The notes below the pieces were generated by a model. It was not told the DNA's origin. It did no database searches and saw only the letters and a list, made by a program, of their open reading frames with translations. The position numbers and the translations under genes were made by a program. Positions 55,701-64,000 of a stretch of DNA of 64,000 nucleotides are shown piece by piece. The stretch covers positions 27,286,401-27,350,400 of the forward strand of contig CM120641.1 of assembly GCA_051362555.1 (NCBI GenBank), in the 5' to 3' direction. Position 1 is the first letter of the stretch. Every line of letters starts with the position of its first letter. The DNA is from Lingula anatina. Taxonomy: Eukaryota; Animalia; Brachiopoda.

Positions 55701-58700
55701 GATGCAGTCTGTGTATATGATGGGGAGGGTTTATGGTTCCTTTCATAAGGTCTATCATTTCCATGGCCACCACCACTACCACTTGTGGAATGTTTATAAC
55801 GGTTTTCTGTGGCTTAAAAAAATAATAATAACTTTTTCAATTCCAAATAATAATAATAATAATAATAATAATGCACAAGTCCAATTTTTCTCTACATTAT
55901 GCCATTAATTCTTTTGAACATAGAAAGCTTTCCTCACCTCTGTTAGTTGGTGCTGTTTGAAGGGGCTTATCATTACTACACTTTTCTGCATCTTTACTGG
56001 AGCTTGGTCTGAAAAGGCAAGCAGTTTATGAAACATATATCAGAAATCATGAGAAAAGAACATTTCACATGCCAAGACTCTAGTAATATTGTTCTCTTCC
56101 ATTTCATGCAGAAATATAATATTTTCATTGCACTGCTTTCATAAAAAGCAATTTCCTTCAATACTTACAGGTCCAACCATTCCTTTGGTTTTTCCCACTG
56201 TGAAAACTCTGTCTTGCAGTTGTAATAGTATTTCTTGCCTGAGGAGCTAATATGTTCTGACCAATCCCCAACTGTTTGCAATGCTGCTTTTTGCACCTGC
56301 AAGATTAAGATGACAAATGTTATAGATGGCTTCGTCTTAAAATACAAATCAGCAACTTAAGCATGTTCGGGATGATATCAAATGAAAAAGGTCAGTAAAC
56401 AGGATAATTAAAACTTACTTAGGTAAACATTCAGCTATTATTGTTATTCAAAGGAGGAACACAGGCCTATTTAATAAATTACTATTTTCAGTGATTATAA
56501 GTCTCGATGATATTCCAGTGCACTTAGCATAGACTAGTATATCACTCTGACATTTTCTGAAACTAACAACTGCAAGTCCTAACTTTTGTTTTAAAAGCCA
56601 TCAATATGGATCAGCTTTTTAAAACGCAAGTAGCTCACATTCAGATCACTATCTGACATTAAAAAATTCAGTTCTGGTACATCTATTCCTGAAATACTAT
56701 TGCAGATACCAATGACACATATTGCAGTGTTAGAAAATAATCATTTCAATAAACATTGTAAGACTAATTTTCAAAGATAGGTCTCGGGGCCCATTTTTCA
56801 TTCCTGTCCCCATCAATGAACACTTTCCAAATCATAACAGAGATGCTGCCCATGCCACATATGTAGAAACAGACCATACTTTTATAACTATATAAGTATT
56901 TATAAAATATTCTCAAGAACTTTAATACAACAGCAAATAGTTACAAGGATTCAAACATCCCCCCCCCTCCCCCCACCTCCAAAATAATGGAAATCTTGTG
57001 GAATGATTCTTCATCAAAAATAATTTAAGACTGAGCCAACACCCAATACTCTAGATCAGTTTGATCTTTAAAATTTTTATATGTCGCTCAGAGAGAACAA
57101 TCCCTTCTTACATGGATGCAAAGTTGAGGAGGCTAAATCATGAAAGACTAAGTGTCTGAAACCAAACATTTGCTACATATTTCCCCCTTTTTCATTTTCA
57201 ATTATAATGTAATACTCATTGGTCTCTTTCATAGTTTATTTCCAGTATTCCAATCATTGGCGAACAAGAAAAATCAGCTTTCCATGTACCTTTGTATAAA
57301 CATGCACAATGAATGATACTGAGGGCATCCCTGTTATCAAACTTACATCCTTGTCCTTCTCTTTCCTAGGCTCCTTGTCTCTGTGATTCCTATCAACATG
57401 ATTGCTATGCCTATCATCATCTCCTCTATCACTGTACACCGCATTCTGCCTCCTGTCTGGTGTACCACTGGATCCTGGACAAATAAGTTTTTTTTTCAAA
57501 TAAATGTAACTGCTTTCATACTTGCCCTGCACTGGACCAGTTTTAATTTAGCCACATCTTTCTGTACATTTCAGTGGAAACTGGACCATATTAATTCAAT
57601 GATTTAGCCACGTCTTCCTGTTTTATTCAGTAGAAACTACCCAGGTATATAAATATTTGAGGGGTTTTATAGTTTTTGAAGCCTGAATTGGGTAATTATT
57701 AGCAATTGGGTAATTATTTGCAGAATATGTAGGCAGAAAATATGACTAAGAGAAAATTTCAAACAGCTAAAGTATACTTTTAACCATAAGCATTTTTAAA
57801 CAACTCAACCTTACCCCCCTCTTTTTCTCTTAAATATTTTTGTGTCATACTCCGGCATACCTCTTTCCACTCTGTCTTTTTGTCTTTCCACGTAACTGGA
57901 TTTGTTGGCATATCTTGGACTGTCCCTACTATCTCGAGTATTTGGACTGTCGTTCCTGTATCTTTTAAAGTTTGGTGAGTCTCTTCTATCACTAAAACGG
58001 TCTCCATAATTGGCTGATGCATTGCTTGATGGGTATCTATCCATATTCTAAAAGAACATATATTTACGTGTTAAAAAAAACATGAAATTTTTAAACTATC
58101 TAAGTAATTTTCTCACGTAACAAATGGTGGGACTGTATTCACCAAAATATTAACCAAGATGACAAAATGGCAAAGCACAGAACACAACTACAAACAGTTG
58201 GTTTCACTCATCCTTTTCACTTTGAATTTCACTGATCTATGTTTCTCCACATTATTGGTGATATTATCATTCTCTTTGTAAAAACTGTCGCAACAGGCCT
58301 AGTCTGATCATTGCCATTACAGTTCCTTTGCTTAAGAAAAAAATACCAACCATACTTTAAAACCACCAAAACCACAGAAATCAAATACAGATTTCTGAGC
58401 CTTTTCATCTTAAATGCAATACTAGGAAGTGGGAAACACTACTGCATCTATATTGTAATTTCTATATCTTTTTTATGCATGATATCACAGTTGCAGTAAG
58501 TATATCATGTTCAAACTTTTAACTTTTTCTTATATACAGACATGCTGAAACTGTTGGTCCGATCGGTCATGACCAGGAAAATTTGTCTGGACCGGTAAAA
58601 TATTGGACTTGGTCTGGCCAAAAGGCCGATAAGAGTTTAAAGGGCTGCATTTTTGAATTTACAGTCATCATTCGACATACATCACTAATAAAATTATATG

Positions 58701-59953
58701 AGACCCAAAGCGTTTTTTTCCCTTCCATTTCCAACCTATCACATTCCCAAACAAAGCAAGCTACCCTAATCGTACTGGTAGCATCTGTTTCAAATGAATA
58801 GGGCGATTTTCAGTCCGACAAAAATCCATTCGGTCCGGCAAATTTTACATTACTGCCGGTCCAAATGTCCAACCATTCTGAAAAGTTTTCAGCATGTCTG
58901 ACATTTCTTATATATTTATCAGTGCATCAACTGAAATTAAATGAGACGGGTCGGACTAAAATCATGTGTACCTCGAGTATCATGCTGGTGGTACAATTAA
59001 CCAAATCACATACTTTCCAACGAAAGAAAAAGCAGAACCTTCCTAAGACATGTTTTCTCCTTTATAGTGCTAGTGTAACATTAACAGGAGCTTAAAAATG
59101 CCTTCTTCTGTACATCTCAACAAAAAACAAATCATCATGATAGCTCGGAAAGCCTTTTCAATATAAAAATATTCTAAGGCTGGGGAATCCAACTTACTGT
59201 ATACAATGCACATACTGTGAAGCCTACAGAATATCTCAATTGCTACATGTTTATTAGCAAGTTACCCAAAAACCATGCTGTAATTAATGCCTAGCCAATG
59301 ATGATCAGGAAAATAATTTACAGGGAAGTACAAGAAAAAGAGATAGGCTTCTATAAATAGGAAGTATCTTTTTAGATTTGAAAATGGGCCACTCTTTATC
59401 ACTTTTGCTTCAATGACCATAAGCAAATATTCAGAGTTCTTTAACTTATATCTGCTTTTTCTCGAAAGGGGTAATGTATCGCTTTTACTAGTTTTAGTGA
59501 TTTAACCAAATCTCAATTTGAACCCATTCTTACTATGTGTATCTAAAGAGGACTTTTGAACGAAAACTAATAGTTCCCAAATCACTGTTTGTTTAAGGTG
59601 AATCTATAGCCAACTTAATGTGTCAAAAGGGGAGGGGGCTTTCCAACTTCCATGTACTTCTTTCATCAAACACTTAATGCAGTGCAGTGGTTGCAATGAA
59701 GTCATCTCTGCAGTCAGCTGCCATTCCCTCATTTACCTGATATGGACTCGGTTTGTTTCTGTCATAGTACCTGTAAAGGCGAAAAAACAGACATGTTATA
59801 CAGTAAATGCATGGATTTGGTGTTTTGAAATCGAAATCAATTGCAGGGCAAATTGACAACAAATATGGCGGTTCCAGCCTTGAAAGTGGCAAGGGATGTC
59901 TGACGAAATTACCCATCATTAAGTCTTGGATGTTTCCTTCCATACATCACCAT
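46786..59953 (-). CDS. WAC: WW domain-containing adaptor with coiled-coil, ~653 aa
   Basis: Exons: 59913-59953 ([14 protein letters not shown], cf. human MVMYARKQQRLSDG), 59737-59770, 57861-58047, 57347-57474, 56169-56296 (WW: [31 protein letters not shown]), 55938-56008, 55366-55812, 53014-53295, 52803-52868, 52369-52558, 51825-51993 ([13 protein letters not shown]), 51310-51437 ([30 protein letters not shown]), 46786-46876 ([13 protein letters not shown]). All GT-AG and phase-consistent. Confidence 0.95.
48838..50439. mobile_element. 1.6-kb non-autonomous hAT-like DNA transposon with 5-bp TSD
   Basis: TIR cagggctcgacatta / tagtgtctagccctg, multiple subterminal ggacaggt/cctgtcc repeats, TSD cgata (48833-37, 50440-44). 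The empty site caatacacgataacaagttt is present in the paralogous unit at ~47651-47670. Confidence 0.9.
49942..50156. mobile_element. MITE family A nested in the 1.6-kb element, TTA TSD
   Basis: Near-identical to 12382-12581 with a small internal duplication; TTA at 49939-41 and 50157-59. Confidence 0.88.
52071..52166. repeat. Local direct duplication (~35 bp, 60-bp period)
   Basis: aattgttaaatctact(g/t)tctccatgagctaaataa occurs twice. Confidence 0.8.
58537..58900. mobile_element. Non-autonomous CAG-terminal DNA transposon (364 bp)
   Basis: Perfect 14-bp TIR cagacatgctgaaa / tttcagcatgtctg with subterminal ggtcc/ggacc repeats; TSD decayed or unclear. Confidence 0.75.
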
Positions 59954-60360
59954 GAATACGAGGTTTCGTGGAGTAATTTACAGCTTTGATCTCCCCAAAA
60001 CCGTGCATCAAAGCACAGTTATCACTCCACTTCACATAATCTGCACTCTTTCACAGTGAACGCCATGATAAAATACGGGTATTTATCACCAGCGGAAGTC
60101 CACGAACATCAACAACAACACTAGTTTTTCATATTTTCAGCTGTTAAATCAAAATCATAACAAATATAATCATTAAGCGAAGAAATATACATAAAAATAT
60201 ACATATTTATGTATTTAAGACAAGATACATTTATTTTACGGAAATATACGGAATGCAGTTGGTGTTCACGTGACATATAAGTAGGTCAGATTGTAATGAG
60301 TTCAAGTCTCATGGCTTGCAGTGGTTAAGTTGCTTGTGCAAGTAGAGCATCTGGTAAGGT
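59860..60360. promoter_or_regulatory. WAC promoter region, possibly bidirectional
   Basis: YY1-like AAATATGGCGG (~59861), ETS/GABP CGGAAGT (~60093), TCACGTGAC E-box (~60266) and a plus-strand donor CTG|gtaagg after 60353. Confidence 0.5.
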
Positions 60361-60719
60361 TTCATGTCATTCAATTTGCACAAATGAAATGCATTCATTT
60401 GAACAATTACTACAGTAGAGGAAAATGAGTTAAGATCAAAAGTGAAGTAAGACAAATGTTATATTAACGCGAAAAAGCCTTAGTAAACATGGGTAATATT
60501 CTGTGTAAACAAAGTACTGCATTGGTCAATCTTGCTATGGCTTATTATCAGCACTGCACAAGTGCCAAAGTTAACATTTTAATAAATGGTGGGCTTTCTG
60601 TTTTGTTATATGTTTTATGTACTTCAACAGTCTTTCTTTGTAACAATCATTTTAATTCCAGTAAAAAAGGAATTAGATAAAACTCTCTCAATGGACCCAG
60701 GTTCAGGATTAAGAAGTAA

Positions 60720-60731
60720 ATGTGTGTGTGT

Positions 60732-60762
<31 letters not shown>
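60720..60762. repeat. (TG)n followed by poly-G
   Basis: Read directly. Confidence 0.9.
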
Positions 60763-60763
<1 letters not shown>

Positions 60764-61531
60764 GTTGCACATCGTTCAACTTGCAATTCTTGGAGGCAGG
60801 AGGTCATACCACCAAAAGACCCCATACATGTTTCTATCAGAAAAGTAAGATTGTAAAATATGACAAAATATTTCGTACTTTCTTCAATATGAATATGAGC
60901 AAAGTGCAAGTCAGAATAGTATACTCTGTTGTTGTTTGAAATATTTACATTATGTATATAGCATTATATACAGAGTAAGTTTGTAAGCTTTTGGATAGAG
61001 ATTGTCAAGGCCTTAGCCAATCCATTGCATATTTTAAAGTTCGTTTATAAAATGTTCATAAAGGTTGGATTTCTTTATAATATTCTCATATACAATGTAG
61101 TATGCATATAGAAACATTTTGGTCTACAGTAATTGTACAATTGCTTTCAAATGAAGGATCAGTTGCCATATGATATCAGCTAAAACAATTTCTTTGCTGA
61201 TCTGCTTTAGTAAGGCTATATGCCTGAGGGTAATTTGTAGAAATGCTATAGTTTATTGTTGCTAGGCTGCAACCAGTAGTATTATCAGGTACATTCTTAT
61301 GTTACATCATCTAACATATCCACTGGGTAGAGGGAAATCTGCATGTAAACAGCAGTGTATTCTATTACAACATAGAATAGACCAGCTTTATTATCTTTTG
61401 TGATAAGATTATAGCTAGGCAAGTGTTATGTTATCTTTGACCACACAAGACTTCTCGTATTCTTTAGCTCTGTGGTTACTATAGTAGTCTGTTCATGAAT
61501 ACAAAAATATTAGTAGTATAATGATAGCCAA

Positions 61532-61740
61532 GACTGGGTTCCCATGCCTAGAACGATCCATCTGGATCAACCTAACTCCCTGGGAGTTCATGTTAAAATG
61601 CTGTCAGCTTAAGAGGCTTAAATGTCTGTCACGCCTACCGAATCAGCTAGAGGGGTAATTAACTGGGACTTGCCGATAACAGACAACAATTTAGTGAGGC
61701 TCCCCGTAGAGATAGATGGATCCAAATATCTGTGGGAATG
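61532..61740. mobile_element. MITE family A copy with internally inverted core
   Basis: Arms match 12382-12581 in the same orientation (cctaactccctggg..gctgtcagc / tagtgag.ctccccgt.g.gataga), but the core is its reverse complement. Confidence 0.75.
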
Positions 61741-64000
61741 AATGAAATGAAACAATTTTAGACCAGATCATCATTGGATTGGCAATTATAGTAATTCAGA
61801 TATTAATTTTGCTACTTATTGTTTCAGATTCATGCACGATATATATATATATATATATGCATGATTCAGAAATGTTTTGAAGTATTTGGAGTTTAGATAT
61901 ATCACTTTGAACCTCAGTTGAAAAATTTGAAGATCTGCATTTTATTTAGTGTCAGAAATAAAAGGAAAGACAAAGTATGCCAAGAATATACCCAAAATAT
62001 GTGCCAACTGAAACCCTATTGAGAAAGATGTTTTTAAATTTAATGCCATCTTAGTTTTATATCAATACATATTAAACTTGTATTTATACAGAGTGAGCCT
62101 GAATTGCAAAATAGTTACAAGTACTAGTACTAAATTTCAAAGAAACAGATAGTTTTGCCCAAAAATGTTACCTGTGTCACATTCAAGATTCTGAACTTTA
62201 TTATAAAATTTGTAAACTTATAAAGTTGAACTTCATTTCATGTACAGATCTGTGCTCAATATTGGAACTTATAAACCTATAGAATATGATTCTGTACATA
62301 GTGGTGGGCTTGGGACTTGAAAACAAATGAACTGAATATAAACAACTCTTTCTTATGCAACCCAGTACTAGTACATACGAAGGAATATATTTGGAGAGGA
62401 AAATAAAAACTAAAAATATAACATAATTGACTTAATTACTAGTAGATACCAAATAGTTAAATGTAAAATGGAGTTTACTCTACCTAGCTATTCAGACCAC
62501 TGAACAAAGCAGGATTGATTCATCTTCAACCAAAACATGTAGTCATTTATTGGAAGCGATTTGTAATTCCTTACATGCATTTGACGATTAATTGTATTGA
62601 TCATTATGTCAGGAGTGCTCTTTGTTTTCTCTCTTTAATGTAGTGAAGCAGTTAGAACATGGTCGCAATGTAAAACTATCATGTAGGCAGAATTAGGTTT
62701 TTCTTTGGAGCATCAGATATAAAACACAGTCTGTCCATTTCCTGTGGAAAAAAGTGGAAATGAATAACAATGCATGCTCTCGGATAGTTCAATGAGAATG
62801 GTCACAGATAGGTTTCTGGTAATTTTCAGTGTTGAGCGGGATGTTGATGCGCTTCCTGTTATTGCCTGTTTTGTCTGTGTGGGATAACTTGCAAAGGGGC
62901 CAGAAATCAATATATTGCTGTAATTCACTGATTTCCCAGCATGGTATTACTCGGATATAGATAAGCCAGTAACTGAAGGGAAACAAAAAGGATTAAGGAT
63001 AGATTTCTAAAGATCTGACTCCAGCATATTTTGAAAATATTACTGAGCTAGACTGATCTCATTTATTTTGAATGGGGTGTCTTATTAATAAAGATGAAAT
63101 TTATGTTTGATTTGCTTTGATGCATGTGTTTCTGAGGTGTCTTTTAATGTGGGTTTCAGGTGCTGTCTAGACAAACTACTACCTGAGAGTAGAAGCCCAT
63201 ATGTTGGTAGCTTCTACGTGAAAAAAGATGGAGAAGACACTCTTGCAACTAGCCATGCTTATTAGGTAAATATCAGCCGTAACATTTTTTTAAATTTTGA
63301 AACGGCACTGCCAAATATGAGAATGTAGGTATGATAAGCCTTTTTTCTCCTGTTTGATATTAGTGGGTAATATTGTACATTCTTGAAATTCATAAAATGC
63401 ATGATATCTAATGAATGAACTGTAGTTGCCACTAATAGATCTTGAAAAGATAATTAATATGCTTATACTGATAGTAATGCTAAAATGGTAAGAATTTCAC
63501 CTGTATTTTATGGACCAAAAATTCAAGTAACAAGTGTCAGATTGAAGCATGAATAATTGTGCAAACCAACAAGATACCACAAAGGAATTATGTGAACCTT
63601 ATTTCATTGTCTCCTGTGTCATTAATGATGTAGTGTTTTATTCTGTATGATTTGCATTAAGACATCTGCTTACTTAGTAAGCTGATTTACATGGAGACTA
63701 ATTGCATGCCTGGGTATATAAGTGCTTGACAGGTTAGCACATTTTATGAACTTCATGAATGTTGTGAGACTTGCACTGAAAGGAACTGCCTTTACATATG
63801 TTTCATATGTGATGTACCTTTGCTGGTACAGAAATGAGTGCTGCATTTGAGTAAAATACAATTTGTTTTTAATTTGATTGCAGAGGCACGTGAAACTTAA
63901 CCTAGCTGAAAGAATTTTGGCACATACAGGTGAGTGCAAAGAAGTCTACTAAGAGTGACAGCTAGGTAGAAGGGATGCAGAAGTATAACAAAACTGAGTG

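Larger units (their letters stand above)
60300..63929 (+). other. Candidate divergent spliced transcript (lncRNA or 5'UTR of the next gene)
   Basis: Putative exons ~60300-60353 (gtaagg), 63160-63265 (gtttcag..TAG|gtaaat) and 63884-63929 (ttgcag..CAG|gtgagt). No continuous ORF across them. Confidence 0.3.

Overview
AT-rich, intron-rich animal genomic DNA, not prokaryotic. The host is probably a marine invertebrate; the HINE-type element with 160-bp repeats hints at a mollusc or other lophotrochozoan (inference). Three complete multi-exon genes lie head-to-tail on the minus strand, each reconstructed exon by exon with GT-AG junctions and consistent phases: WAC (CDS 59953->46786, 13 exons, ~653 aa), an ORP3/6/7-type oxysterol-binding protein (43786->23755, PH + FFAT + ORD, ~936-955 aa) and an MPP2/MPP6 (varicose/PALS2)-type p55 MAGUK (19842->4105, L27-L27-PDZ-SH3-HOOK-GUK, ~558 aa). 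A possible divergent spliced transcript starts near 60.3 kb on the plus strand. Introns and UTRs carry many non-autonomous DNA transposons with readable TIRs and target-site duplications (TTA, TTAA, 8-bp and several 5-bp). One of these is a three-level nest (HINE dimer > 5-bp-TSD element > Harbinger-like MITE) in the last WAC intron. The most notable signals are a tandem-duplicated pair of 66-nt HOOK exons with a UGCAUG cluster, microexon/cassette/alternative-first exons in the ORP gene, the 5-bp-TSD transposons (one confirmed by an in-window empty site), and the MPP-OSBPL-WAC gene order. No rRNA, tRNA, CRISPR array or intact transposase was seen.
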